Assembly (NCBI GenBank): GCA_973895155.1
Contig: OZ316891.1
Location: 28,773,145 to 28,837,144, forward strand
Origin: Marsupella aquatica
Lineage: Eukaryota > Plantae > Marchantiophyta
DNA length: 64,000 nt
Direction: 5' to 3'
In this document: positions 31,811 through 45,274 of the stretch, piece by piece
Position numbering within the stretch: the stretch's first letter is position 1
Layout: the number at the start of each line of letters is the position of its first letter
Notes under the pieces: model-generated
The model's input: only the letters and a program-made list of their open reading frames with translations
Told to the model about the DNA's origin: nothing
The model's database searches: none
Made by a program: the position numbers and the translations under genes

Positions 31811-33551
31811 AAATATTTTCTATATATTTTATTTATATTCAAAATTATTTCCAAAAAATAGAATTATTTATATGTGAATAGATTTATTTAAAATTTGAAT
31901 AATTTTTTCATTGTGGCAGGTATGGGAAGGGTAAGGGTAGCTTGGGCATTTTTAAAAGCGGTGTATGGATAGATCTGAGAGTGTGGAAAAAATTATGTTT
32001 TGATGAACATCCAAGATTGATTCTCACTTTTTTTAGTTTGTAAAGGGGCAGGATCATGATTATAGTGGAACATCATAAAGAGAGGTATTCTTGATACTCC
32101 TGCATTGCTAGAGACCCTCCCTATTTTCTTTGTACTATTAGATTCATTTTTTGCTTGGAAATATTGCTCTCCATTTTCATTCACAATATTGATTTTTTTT
32201 GTTTTATTCTTTCTCGTTGGTTGGATTCTTTCATGTTTTTCATGTTTGGGATATTGCAAATTTGAATGACTACCATGCTATAAAAAAAAGTAACATTTTA
32301 TTATAGTTTTTGACATTCTCCCTATCATCTAACCTATTGTGTTTAATTAACCTATTTTAATTAAATTATCATATTATGCAATATTATAATACTTGCAATA
32401 ATATATAGTATCATACATATTATGTATTTTTGTATTTCTTGTGTATGGATCAGGAACCTACTTAATACTCATGCATGTGCATTCACTTCCTTGTTTTGTG
32501 TGTCCCATTGGCTCCCTCTTTTAGTCTTTTGTGTGTCCCTCGTTTGATTCCCCTCTTGTTTGGAATGCACTTATTACTTTTTTGGTGCACACTAAATTTA
32601 ATATTCCTTCTCTTTGACATGATTAATATTTTTTGGACACTGCAAATTTGAATGATGACCACTTCAAAAAAAGGCGCAACCTTGTATTATAGTTTAGGAT
32701 TTGAGAAAGTGCTAAAATGAATCTCAACATTGTGAGCAACAAGTACAACATTGAATTGCACAAAGAAACTGCTTCTTGAGCCATCTCACAAACCGAAGGA
32801 CTTGTGCTACCTGTTGAGTATGTGTATTGGTCTTTGCTGCGCCTTCCTATGTTTATACGCTTGTCCACTCTACTAGAGTTTAGTGAGATGTGGTCGACAG
32901 GAGGTTTTGGAGACTACGAAAAAATTGTCATTGGTTGTCCCACAATAATGGGTTTAGTGAGATGTGGTTGAGAGGAGGTTTTGGAGACTAGGAATTCTCC
33001 CACAATCACTGTGACTGAGCTTAATTAGTGAGTTGTTTACCATTTACTCAATTAGTGTATAACAAGGCCTCCTGGCTCTTGTCATCCTATCTTGACATTA
33101 TCTGTTATAAACCTTAGTTTTTGGTCTTATCCCTTTTGTCATTCAGTGAGCAAGTCCCCTCTGTGTATAATACTCTTCTCTTATAGGAAGTGTAATCAAG
33201 TTTCTAACTTCCACACCTGCATGTGAATCGGTTGGGAAGCATTTCAAAAAGGTTGGCTGGCTTCCAACCAAATACCAATCTTGGTGAATGATCAAAGTTG
33301 AACGTGCCTCACCCCTTGAACCCACAACATGTGTATCCTATGGTTGTTTTGTAAGTGCAAGTCTGAGTAGATTATAGTCTCACCCATCACAATCCGCTGT
33401 AGTGGTGAGAAGTGATATATTTTATTCCACCCCAAAAATTGTTTGGCCAAAGTGTTTGCCTTTACCACAGGCATGTTCCAAGGCATCTTCCCCCAAATTC
33501 AGCCGAGACATTGATCCTTAGAAGTATGCATTACCCCCACATCCACAACCA

Positions 33552-34378
33552 GCTTACTAATAAATTGCCAAGAGAAGCTAGAGTTGGGGTCTAGGTTTCT
33601 AGAGTGAAGCCTCTAGAGAGTGACTTCAGGGCCCCACCAAATTTATGTGGATAAAAGGAGCCATGAGATGTTATGTATGTCAAAGAAATGATCATGCATG
33701 ATGAGTTTTGTCACATCATTTCAAATTTTGTCATCATTTCTATTAACATTCAAAGAAGGAACATTCAGGCTAGTAGCTTCCAAGGAGAGTTTCATTCCAC
33801 AAAATGGAGCTTCGTTGTTGTTCCATTTGCATAATTGGGGTCTCAATGAGATCACATGTTCTTCTGCATGTGCTGTATCGAGGGTCTTTATCGAGCTCAA
33901 CTGAGAATCCCGGTGGTTTGAGAGCCTTCTCGATCAATCATCTTGAGAGTGATCTCTCCACCAAATTCCTGTAACATGACCAGCATCAATCATCTTGACA
34001 CTGTTCGAGCTTCAGCATATTAAAGTAACATCATCAGCATCAATCATCTTGAGAGTGTCCCAGACAGAGTTCTCTTCACCATATTCCTGTAATAAGATCA
34101 ACATATTCCAGGCATGTGTGGATCATCACCTTGCCAAACTTGCTTGGCATTGAAGAACAAGTCTAGTGAAATCTGTTGACATTTGCTGTGTTCCTTGCCT
34201 GGAAAAGGAATGGGCAAGGTTAAATACAGTAACCCCCTTAATCTTAGGGGAATTGTATTAATCTGAGGGCCAAGAGTGAGCCACACAGTCATTTCTATAT
34301 GTCAATGGTGCAAGGCTAAAACTATAGACTCTGAGATTGTGGACATGCATATCAGATAGTTACCTGGTTGTCTGCTAG
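33552..34378 (+). mobile_element. Probable non-autonomous Helitron
   Basis: 5' end (G)CTTACTAATAAA..AAGCTAGAGTTGGGGTCTAGGTTTCTAGAGTGAAG matches the family 5' end. Subterminal ACTATAGACT block is shared with the 55676 element. A weak hairpin precedes CTAG|T at 34375-34379. Confidence 0.55.
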
Positions 34379-36777
34379 TTTACTTATCAGCCAGATTAGC
34401 TAGCATGGATTTGGCCTACACTAGAAGGTCAATATCCCAACATAATCATGTAGCAGATGACATGGTCAAATCATAACATCTTGGAATCACATGCTCACCA
34501 TCACTTACTATTGACAATCCTCTGCAACACACAAGCATTGGACTACCGTCTTCCCCCAACGCAGTGTCATGGCCTTGTATTCGAATAGTGAGAGCCATAG
34601 GGCGCTCTATTTGAATAGTGCGCCCGAGGGGTTGTATTTGATTTTTGACTACATGTTTTCATTTTTTTGTACTTGAAGGGCCATTTGTTTGAATATTGAC
34701 TGTGTGTTTGGGTGTTCACATATACAGTGTCATAAGATTCATGAATTTTTAAAGTTTGTGCTCAATGTAAAACAGTTTAGGGTCAAAATTCAAACACAAC
34801 GCCCAGGCATTGTGTAAAAATGTATTGTGTTCAAGTTCAAATTTGTTTTTTGGTCACAAGACCCACAAAAAGTCATTTTGTGAACACAAAGCACAGGCGC
34901 TCTGTTCAGGGGAAGACAATAGTACTTCTCAACCGTAAAGCCAAGTACATATAACATTGGGATACTACAAATCAATTCTTTCACTTGTAGTTGCTTCCTA
35001 TCAAGGAGTCAGGAAGAGAGGCACAAAAAAGGCAGGCATTGGAACTGGCATAGGAAGAGGAAACCGCCCAGGAGTGTTTTGTCGTTGGCAAATTGCCGAG
35101 TTCTTATATAGGAAATAATGAGATTTTTAAAACTAAACCTGCCAACCTACTTACTCCTTTGAGACCTTGGTCGCCAGATCCAAGAGTAAAACCTTGGAAG
35201 GTCTATGGTGTAGATTGATATGTCAGATTTCTCTCTCCCCCACGCATTCATTTGTAGCACTTGAGCTTACTTGACCCCATACCTAAAAAGCACTTGATTT
35301 GGGATGCCCAGATGGATGTCCAAGTTTGCTGAAATGCTTGGACGGCCGTTGCAACATGTACGGACCACAGCAATACATTGAAATTGACTCATGTAACATA
35401 TTTTCCACAATTAAAAAATTGATGTGTAACTCAGAATATAAACTGGTGAGAGTGAATCAGTATATTTTGAGTTTCATTTCCCCATAGCTGCTCCATGTGT
35501 CAAGACCCAATTTAGCTCATTAGAAAGAGCATTGAAATAGCTTTCCAACAAACTAATATTAGCTCAATTGGGATCTCATTTGGAAACTTAACTAATTCCC
35601 AAAACAAGAAAGGTTTCAAGAGGTCAGCTAGTGGACCAAGCAGTTAGCTCGACTCCTCATTGGTCTCAATGGGGTCTTTCCCTCCCCCCCCCCCCCTTTC
35701 CACCCCTTTATTGGGTTTTGCCCCTTTATTGGGTTTTGCGCCTTTTGGGACCATGTCTCCTGGTTTTGCGCCTTTGTTCTTTGGTAGTCTGATATCTACA
35801 CCACTTTCCCACCCTCAGGAGATCAAATAATGGGCCAAAAAAGCAAAACATCCTGAGAAGATAACCACCAAACTCAAAAGACAAGAGGGCAAACAAATAA
35901 TGCAAACCTCAAAAAGCCAAAGCCATGTTTTTGCTCCCTTGCCTGGTGCCCTCGCACCCCTCTTCCCCCCCCCCCCCCCCAAAAAAAAGGAAAAAAAAAA
36001 AGAAAAAAAAAGAAAAAGAAAAGCCAAAGCCATTCCAAACCGTAGTTAGTTGCGTTGCGTACAGTCCAAGGCTACTTTACCACGGTACAGTACCCACAGT
36101 CAGTCGGCCGCCAAAGTATGTTCTCCATCATTCTATCTACTGTAGTAGAGAAGTCTCGAACGAGTGAGCGGACTGCGGAGCGAGTGATGACAGAGCAGCG
36201 TAGTCGATGGATATAGATAGTTCTGGAGTTCGAATCTCGCTCGCGATCACTCCAGAACAATTCTGTAATAAGTAGTAGATACTAGATAAACACTAGTGGG
36301 GGCCGATGATCAGTCGACGGAGGGGTGGAGACCACAAATGGTGGCAGATTTTTATTGGGTGCCGATAGAATTTGGAAGGCTCTCGACGGAGCTTCGCGCG
36401 GACGGATTCCGATTTCGCACTCTGAGGTGGTGTTGATTTTGCGCTCGCGGAGGGGCATCCGCCAGCAGCGCCCTTTTGCCATTTGCCCTTTCGACATTGT
36501 TGTGGTGAGGAGCTTTGTTGTCGTCGTCGTCGTCGTTGTTGTGGTGATGTGGTGAGGAGCTTTGTCGTCGTTGATGTGATTTTGTGGTTCGTGCGAAAAG
36601 CTGCTGCTGCTGCTGCGCTGCACAAGTGGGGGTGGTCCCCCTCGCTGCGTGTGCACTCGTGCTCGTGATTGAAATCCGTGGAGGTGGAGCGAAGCTGCTG
36701 CTGGTTGTGTCACCTTGACGCTCTGTGTTCCTGTGCGTGTGCGTCTGCACTGCTGCTGGGGCCGGACTTCTAGCGAA

Positions 36778-37064
36778 AAGGCGAATTTGCAGAGGAGGCG
36801 AGTACAAGAAGAGAGACATCGACCCTTTTCGGCTCCGCTTTGTAGGCTTTCTGTTCTGTGGGAAGGACAGGAGAAGAAGGGGTAGGGGAGGGAAGAGATT
36901 CACAGATTGTTGTTGCGGAGTTCAACAGAGAAGGCGAATTTGCAGAGGAGGCGAGTATAAGAAGAAAGACATATCGACCTTTTCAGCTCCGCTTTGTAAG
37001 ATTGCTGTGCTGTGGGAAGGAGAAAGGGAGGGGAAGGAAAGAGAGATTCACAGATTGTTGTTGC
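36778..37064 (+). repeat. 153-nt-period duplication in the PDX1 5' leader
   Basis: AAGGCGAATTTGCAGAGGAGGCGAGTA..GCTCCGCTTTGTA..GAGATTCACAGATTGTTGTTGC at 36778 and 36931. Confidence 0.9.
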
Positions 37065-37095
37065 TGTTTCTGAGGTGGAAATCGGAGGCGGAAGG

Positions 37096-38025
37096 ATGGA
37101 GAACAGTGGAGTGGTGGCGGTCTACGGAAATGGGACGTTGTCGGACAGTAAGAAGTCGACGTATGCCGTGAAGGTTGGATTGGCGCAGATGCTGCGCGGA
37201 GGAGTGATAATGGACGTGGTCGATGCGGAGCAGGCGCGGATTGCAGAGGAGGCGGGCGCCGCAGCGGTCATGGCATTGGAGAGGGTGCCGGCTGACATTA
37301 GAGCGGAGGGCGGAGTGGCTCGAATGAGTGACCCGGGCATGATCAAGGAGATCAAGAATGCGGTCACGATTCCGGTTATGGCGAAGGCGAGGATAGGTCA
37401 TTTCGTTGAGGCGCAAATCCTGGAGGCCGTCGGTGTAGATTTCATTGACGAGAGTGAGGTTCTTACGCCTGCAGACGACCAGAACCACATCAACAAGCAC
37501 AATTTCCACATTCCATTCGTCTGTGGCTGCCGAAACTTAGGAGAGGCTCTGAGGAGGATTGCTGAGGGGTCGGCGATGATTAGGACGAAAGGGGAAGCTG
37601 GGACGGGAAACGTCGTAGAGGCCGTGCGGCATGTGAGGACTGTGCTGGGGGACATAAGACGGTTGCAAGCATTGGATGACGATGAGGTTTTCACCTTTGC
37701 GAAGCAGATTGCGGCCCCTTACGAGCTTGTGAGGCAAACGAAGCAGCTTGGGAGGCTGCCGGTGGTGAACTTTGCCGCCGGAGGCGTCGCCACACCTGCA
37801 GACGCCGCGCTGATGATGCAACTCGGCTGCGACGGTGTCTTCGTCGGTTCTGGCATCTTCAAGAGTGGAGATCCTGTTAGACGCGCTCGCGCCATCGTTC
37901 AGGCTGTCACGCACTACAACGACCCCCATGTGTTGGCGGAAATTAGTGCGAACCTCGGCGAAGCGATGGTTGGCATCAATTTGAACGATAAGAAGGTGGA
38001 GCGCTTCGCTGCTCGATCCGACTGA
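37096..38025 (+). CDS. PDX1: Pyridoxal 5'-phosphate synthase subunit PDX1, intronless, 309 aa
   Basis: [74 protein letters not shown]. Catalytic Asp/Lys motifs are intact. First in-frame ATG is 37096. Confidence 0.98.
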   Translation: MENSGVVAVYGNGTLSDSKKSTYAVKVGLAQMLRGGVIMDVVDAEQARIAEEAGAAAVMALERVPADIRAEGGVARMSDPGMIKEIKNAVTIPVMAKARIGHFVEAQILEAVGVDFIDESEVLTPADDQNHINKHNFHIPFVCGCRNLGEALRRIAEGSAMIRTKGEAGTGNVVEAVRHVRTVLGDIRRLQALDDDEVFTFAKQIAAPYELVRQTKQLGRLPVVNFAAGGVATPADAALMMQLGCDGVFVGSGIFKSGDPVRRARAIVQAVTHYNDPHVLAEISANLGEAMVGINLNDKKVERFAARSD

Positions 38026-40044
38026 TTCACAGATTGATGATGATGAAGTAGATTGGAGTGATTGTTGATGAGATTCATACAACAATAAGAATTTTGTCGG
38101 ACGCCGAATTTCGCATTTAGTCGATCCCCCGGCTTACCCTGCTAGTCGTGGACATTCGCTAAAAATGATCTGGTCTAGTGATCGTCATTGAAGGACTTAC
38201 TCGGCATGCTGCGACAATCGGACCTAAGTTTTGCTCTGTTCTCCTTACCTCTGTAATTATCTAGGGGATTGTAGCAACAGCACGGAGTGGAATCTTAATA
38301 GTTGGTCAGTTTATCGTTTGAACTAATGCATTCGTGGAACGCATTTAGTTGACCGTAGAGCCTCCATCGTCTCCCTAGCTGTAGCGGTCTCTCGGTCGTT
38401 GCGGTGATAATCACCGTGTTCTGATGAAGCGTTCCAAAAATAACTCAAATGCCTTTTGAATGCTTCCGAGTCCCTCATGTCCTCCTTTGAACGAGAGATA
38501 CAGAGACATCTCCTTTTACTCGAACACTTTTCGATATGCAGATATATTCTTTCGCGTGTGATGAATAGTGCCCGGTTAGAAACAGCTCATGATGAAATCA
38601 TTCTGTTAAATGTAGACTCGCGTAACATAACGTCATAGATGTCGAACACGATGTTTGCAGTTGTCGTGTCAGGAATGAAATTGAACAGGTCTATAGTGAA
38701 GTGTTCATCGTGTGAAATTCGCTAGTCGATTGAACATAGCCTTTAGGGAACTTGTCATAAAAGATGTTCCTTACTGTATGTCAAGTCGTTTAAGATTTCA
38801 GGTTGTTAATATTAAAATCACTATTTCCGTTGGGAGGAACGAAGATTTTGCACTACCTTCCCGTTCGATCTGTGCCGTTGTTTCTCAATGTGCGGTCATG
38901 ATGGTGCAGATCCATGGAACTAAGAATTTTTGTGAACTCTGCTTTTTATGAGATGATGCAAAATTTTTGGACTCTTTTCTCTATGAGACAAGAATTTTGA
39001 TCATCATGCCTTCGGAGTGCCTGAGTTTCCCAATCTCTTGGACACTTGTCAATGGGGAGTTATTCTGCACAAGTTTTCAAACTATGTGCGAATGGATCAG
39101 GGGTGGAGGATTCCGTAGTGATCTCTGGGGAGGACGGAACGCTCGGAAATTTACAGAACGCTTGGAGATTGTCGAAATGTCATCTTTAATGGCTGACAGG
39201 GGCCGAGCGTTCATGTCTCCCTGGAACGTTCTGCATTTTGGCACTCGAGAGCATATCTCCCGGAACAGTTCTTATTTTGGAGTTGCGCAGATTTTCTCGC
39301 ATGAGCAGGTTTGGTCTTGTGGCTTAGGCGCCAATTCTCAATCGGGGAGTGCTGAATTCGCTTTGCATTTAAGTGTTCAGTCTTCTCTTGTCATGTGTTT
39401 GTAGCACAGGGAAGTCATAATCCTGTCCTGCATGTGCAGAACGACTTCTCTATTACGTTAGTCCATATCAACGCAATTGGACGAACAGAAGTCCCGTGTA
39501 TTGACCGTCGTGCCCTCGATGAAGAGCAGCGGAGAGTAGCAAGTCTTGTGCATCCATCGTCTCCTCTCTCGTAGCAAGATTGCTCGTGATGTGGCGTTAC
39601 ACAATTCCATTGGCCGGGGTTCATAATGAACGATTAGGTTTAAAAGTTCGATACTGACTGACCATTAGAAGCTCCTAAGGAGTCTGCCCAATGTGGATGG
39701 ACTGTGAGCGTTACTCTGCCGTTCGTACTCTACTGAACGCCTACATTGCTTCGTTTGAAAGGCGGAGCCCGTGCCACTCCGCAGTCTCGAAGTGTCGACA
39801 CTGGGATTTCGTTCGGTCGGCGTGGTCATCATTGCTCATCATGAGCGGCTAAACCGCTGGATCGCCATGAAAGTTTCGTTCCTGACGGCTGATGCTCGCT
39901 GCAGGATAACGACATGCTTTCGGAGTTTCGGGTGGCTTGAGATTTGTCGATTCTGCCCTTGGGGAATAACAGAGGGATCCGATCCGGTCCATCATTGAGA
40001 AAGACAATGACGGCAAGCTTGCTTGTCGACTTTTGTGAGCTGTA

Positions 40045-40258
40045 TCAAGTTTCTTCCAAAGGTTTACGAAGCAATCCTCGCGTCATCCGCAATTCAACAG
40101 TCGCATCTACAGTTTGATTCGATGGTACTTTCAACCCATTTTCATCGCTGAGTCAAGTTTCTTCCAAAGGTTTTACGAAGCGATGCTCGCGTCATCCGCA
40201 ATTCAACAGTCGCATCTACAGTTTGATTCGATGGTGGTTCAACCCATTTTCATCGCTG
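40045..40258 (+). repeat. ~107-nt near-perfect tandem duplication
   Basis: TCAAGTTTCTTCCAAAGG..CGCGTCATCCGCAATTCAACAGTCGCATCTACAGTTTGATTCGATGGT..CAACCCATTTTCATCGCTG twice. Confidence 0.9.
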
Positions 40259-40479
40259 GTCAGGTCAGAAACTGCTCTCGCCTCATCCGCACTGGAGAAA
40301 CCTCAATTACAGCGCAGTGTGAGTTATGAAGCCGACTCAGCTTCATCGTTTGTCACACAAAAGCTGCGCACTCGTGCACCACTATACAAACCAACGCATT
40401 CTTCATTTCCCTTCACGTTGAAATTTCATTGCTCCCAGAGCGCATCTAGGTATCCCAAGCTTTTCACTTTCCTACTTCG

Positions 40480-41220
40480 TAGTAATTCAGTGCCATAGCC
40501 GTCCCAAAGTGATTTAGTTCCTTTGCTCTCTCCCAGTAATTCAGTTCCTTTGCTGTCTCCCAGTAATTCAGTTCCATAGCCGTCCCAAAGTGATTTAGTT
40601 CCTTTGCTGTCTCCCAGGCTCCAGGCTTTTCCTGGGCTTTTTCCCAGCTGCCCCTGCCCCGCCTTCCTTGGGAGGCTAATGTATAGCATGATGGAGGGAT
40701 TTGCTTGATCTATCCTCAAAATGAAACTTGTTACTCGATCTACCCCTGAGGTCTATGAACAGCCCAGACCTGAGATCCAAAGGTCCATCAACCGTCCAGA
40801 TTGGGAAAAAGTAGAAAAGTATCAAGGGGGTTGATTAAACAAACTTTTTCTAGGAGGGGGTCTACTAAGCATATCCCTCTAGGATAATGCGTTACTAGCC
40901 TGAACCCTTCTCTAAGAAAACCTTCCTGGGGCACCTGGGAGAAAGCCCAGAACCCTTCTTAGAAAACCTTCCCGGGGCCCTTTTCTAAGAAAACCTTCCA
41001 GGGGCACCTGGGAGAAAGCCCAGAACCTACTTACAAAACCTTCCTGGGGCACTTGGGAGAAAGCCCAGAAAAAACATTCGTGGGGCACTTTTCTAAGAAA
41101 ACCCTCCTGGGGCACTTGGGAGAAAGCCCAGAACCCTTCTCTAAGACAGCTCAGAAAACCTACCTGGGGCACTTGGGAGAAAGCCCAGAAAAACCTTTGT
41201 GGGACACCTGGGAGAACTGG
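40480..41220 (+). repeat. Two minisatellite arrays
   Basis: AGTAATTCAGTTCC..TTTGCTGTCTCC units at 40480-40615. AAAACCTTCCTGGGGCAC(C/T)TGGGAGAAAGCCCAGAA units (~6) at 40917-41215. Confidence 0.85.
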
Positions 41221-41751
41221 GACAAAAACAATGAGGCAAAGAGACAAAAACAAATGCACAGGAAATGAAGGAAACAAATGTAGAGAAGACAAAACGATGC
41301 AGGCAAGAGAAAGACACTCATCTTAGATGTTGTTGCGACCATGTTGTCATTATAGAGATGCGACTTTGCGGTCATTGTGACCATATATTGTGGTTGCTGA
41401 GCCCAATTCCAGAGCATTGCACAAAAATATTGAGGCTGCCAGGAAGTGTTGTGGTTTGGTTGTGTCTGAGTGATGACTCCATGGTTGCAAAAAGGTCATC
41501 ATATTGGTTGTGTGGTTCTTGCTGCCAAATGTTGTCATTTTGGCCAACGTTGTTGTTACAAAGGTGATGTTGGCCCGGGAGGGTAAATGCATGGGAGGGG
41601 GCGAGGAGTGCAAGATAAGCCATGGCGATGGGGCATCACAAAGTCCAGGGTTAGGTCCATGGCCCGGGTCCACAATCGGAGGGGTTACAGGGGCTTCTGG
41701 TGGATCAAACTGTAAAAAAGAAACTGGATTTCAATGAACGGCCATAATTCG

Positions 41752-42250
41752 TTCTTGCCAATTTCATTGAGAAATGTGTTGTCATTGCGCAGATCTTCCT
41801 CAAATTGAATATAAAATTATGTAATCAAAGAACACACTTCAAGTCAACACAGAAGTAGGGGATAGAAGGCTCAATTGGGTAATGAGAGTATGACAAGAGT
41901 CGGGCAAGATATCTGAATTGTCAATGATATAGAAGATCGAACAAAAGGGGACAAAATTCGCAAATGGGGGCAAAGAGCTGGGTGTGGGTCGGGAAAGAAT
42001 CCGGGCAAAAGCCAGAGCAAGACTAATCGGGATGTTGAGACACACCAAGCAAGCTTGGTCTCATTACCCTGCAATAAAGCCCTCGTTAAAATGTTTCTTT
42101 AAAAGAATGTTGGAGGTTTGGATGGAACAATAAAATCTGGGACAGTTGCTCTCTCAAAAAGGTAAAACAAACAAAAGAAAGAAAAAAACAGCCCCCTCAC
42201 TTTGCATTTCTCTTTTACTTTGTAAAAAGACGATGGCTTGTACTCCCTTG
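41752..42250. repeat. Unclassified dispersed repeat, copy 2 (homologous to 15888-16395)
   Basis: Same collinear blocks as copy 1, same orientation. Confidence 0.75.
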
Positions 42251-45200
42251 TCCAGCTTTGCAAGCAGACTATGAAGAGTTTTTGAAGGGGTTACACATTT
42301 AGAGTAGTTGATAGGGAAAATTTTCTTACCAGCTGCCAAAATTCCCAAAAAATACTCCTCGAACTATCTGCTTATAAAAATTCCCTTCATAACTGTAACA
42401 TATGCCTCGATTTTCTATAACAACTCCACGACAACTCAGTTCGAGAGGAAGACGTGGGAGCTGCAACAAAGTGAACCAAGTTCATGGAGAAATTCATGAC
42501 GCACTGAATTCAATCAAACATTAATAATTTTGAAAAAACTGAGGATATTTCGGTAAATCTTGAAATTTAAAGATATTCATGTAGTTTGGGCGAATTATAA
42601 TAGTAATCAGATAATTCCCCAAAAGTTTGTCAGGTGGTCCTTGTTGGGTTACTACTGTGGTCAGCATCCTGAGTTCCTGACTATCAGAGGCCGAGTCAGG
42701 GTTAGACAGTTCGGTTGGGAGGCCCGCAATCACAGGTGTACTCACATAGGGCAGGGCTTATTTGCAAGCCTACTGTACGTCTCATCCATCAGAGTCACTC
42801 AGGTATGCCTGTGTAGTCTTCACACTATTCATTAGAGTCAAAAGCATCTTTTTGACACACTTTTTTTCTTCCTGATAATAGCTTACGAGAGTCTTGTACA
42901 TTAAGTATACAATTACGGGCTATTGGTGTTTCTATATGGGATATGTTGTTGACCATATATGAACGTGCATATACGAGGTGACCATATCTAGGAGGCAAAA
43001 TCTGTGCATAAAAAGTCGAACAGACCCCCTTAGCCTCACTTTCAGGGTGTTAGGGTTTTAAACACGGCTGTCGACTGAGTACTGTCCAACGTGCCTGGCT
43101 GCAAGATTCAATCATAACTGTGTTGTAATCTACGCATTGTAGATCACATGTAGATTGTATGAAAATACTGAATTAATGATACATAATCAAGGCTAGTGCT
43201 TCTGTGGCAGCAGTCTAATGCACCAAAAAGCGTCCTTGGGAGAAAGGAGCAAGGACTGGTGGTAACCGAAAGAAAATACAAGAGGAAACCAATGACTCGT
43301 GACGCAGTGCTGTTATGCAGGTTCTATGTCCAGGAGTTACGCGCATGCCCCCTCCCATCCTCTGTGTAGTATATTTCTGATGCATACGTAATAACTGGTA
43401 AAATTAATTATAAGAGCTGTGGGCCAGTCAAAATTGACTGTACACTGGAACGATGGAAGCAACTATGGAGGAAGGATAGGGGGGTTAAAGAATCAAATTT
43501 CCTGTGGGATATATGCTTCAATGTAAACGCCACTAATGTCTGAGGGAAACCCTGGCTACCAATGCAGAACTCGAGTACCTGGTGTAGATGCTGATGAGGC
43601 AGCAAAATTGAATGTTCATATGTCTGGAGATGTTAGAAAGAAGTAGCGATCTGGATTGGGGTCTGGCTCCCTTTTGTTTCTAAATCGAATAGGTTATGTG
43701 GTCCAATACATGCGGTGCTTGGTGAGAGACTGGCAGATCATTCAGCGACTGGGGGGAGACATTCAGAGGTTGTATCCTGTGGCAGATGTGGATACACTGA
43801 AATCATGGAGTGATCGAAACCATACAGCTAAAGCGAATAAACATGCAGAAGCAGCTAGAGTTTGACAGCCGATGTTGAACTTACATATTGATTAATTGGC
43901 GAAATGTCAAGGTTAAAGGAGCGGTAGTTAATATCACGAAGTACTATAAGCAGGTTCGTAAGTTCAGTGATAAGTGGGGCAAGCCCCCCATAGGTGTACA
44001 CTAGAAATGGTGAGCTGGTCCCTTCCCGAATTGCAGGATGTCAGTATTCTCTCTGTAGAGATCTCTATAAGCAATATCATATGTAAATCTAGTTATAGAA
44101 TTTTTCTGGGTCATTTATGGCTCCTATCACTCGCTTAGTCCAATCTGTTTCGCTGTGAGAACCTTATTACCTTCTGGGCTATCAAACCATGATTCCCATC
44201 AACTGAGCGCTTCGTACCTCAATTCCCGAAAGACCATCGTAGGGCCTATTGCCTTTGATATTCTTGTCTCCCCCCGGTACTTCCTGAAATGCCAACACCA
44301 TCATCGAATTAGAGAAAAATACCACAATTTACTTGACTAGGGCGTGGGCCATTGAAATGAGGGTGGCTGGAATATGCCCCCCTGTATAATGACGCTTATT
44401 AGCCCCGTATTCCGAGCTTGCGACTCGTGGTTACCTCAAGTTTCTTTCTCTTGGACGAAACAAGAATCGATCACTTTCTCTCCTGTACCACTCGAGACCT
44501 GAAAAAGTGTAGTTTGCAATTGAAGAACGCGGAGTTGGGAAAATTGAGAATGAACCGTTCGAAACAATGGGTTAACAGTTCGTAATTCCATTGACATTTA
44601 GTGTGGGTCGTTTCCCGTTGTGCAGTGCACTTTGATCACGCAAAACGTACCACGCAAAACGTACAAGTCATAAAGCGCTGGCCTGTAAAACCTAGATTGT
44701 AGGATGGAACGACCGACTATTGTAGGTGTGCAGGTGCCGTAGGGACAAGTTGGAAGAAGGACAAGAACTGCATGGCCAATTGCAGCCTTCATCTAAAACA
44801 CGGCAGAGGTCATGCCATGGGTCAAGAATCCCACAACCGTAGGATTACTATAGGGTCGCGGATGATGCTCTTTTGTCTACAATTATCATCACAAGACTAC
44901 AAAATTGCGCAAAGGGTCCGAAAAATACATCGACGACCTCTCATGGAAACGAGCTCGGCATCACATCCTTTCATTTACCGCAACCCTTTCATTCACCACA
45001 GCAGCAACTTGATGCAATTTACCTTCAAAATAAAAAGGTTGCAGTTGGGCGCCTTGCAATGACTATCTCCAGCTCAGCTCATGTCCCGATCGAGTTCCTG
45101 AAGAAGGGTGTGAAGTCGGAAGCTGAGCACTTGGGCACTATGAAAGTGCACATCTCTTGAATTGTTTTCATTGCATTTTTTGTTCCTCTGCTGCCTTTTG

Positions 45201-45274
45201 GGATCACAACTTAGTATCAAGGGTTTATGGATCACCATAAGCCAAACACCTCCTTCCATACTAGTTTTTCAATC

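Noticed and set aside
37048-38085. Long antisense ORFs over PDX1
   Set aside because: Expected from GC-rich codon usage of a conserved sense CDS; no independent motif.
38400-40040. Short ORFs downstream of PDX1
   Set aside because: No domain similarity I can recognise and no coherent exon structure.
40895-40915. ACTAGCCTGAA resembling the 55676 Helitron 3' end
   Set aside because: No hairpin follows and no matching 5' end was found.
40915-41220. Repeat array superficially like CRISPR (also 60360-60600, 49270-49650)
   Set aside because: Degenerate tandem units without unique spacers, no cas genes, eukaryotic context.
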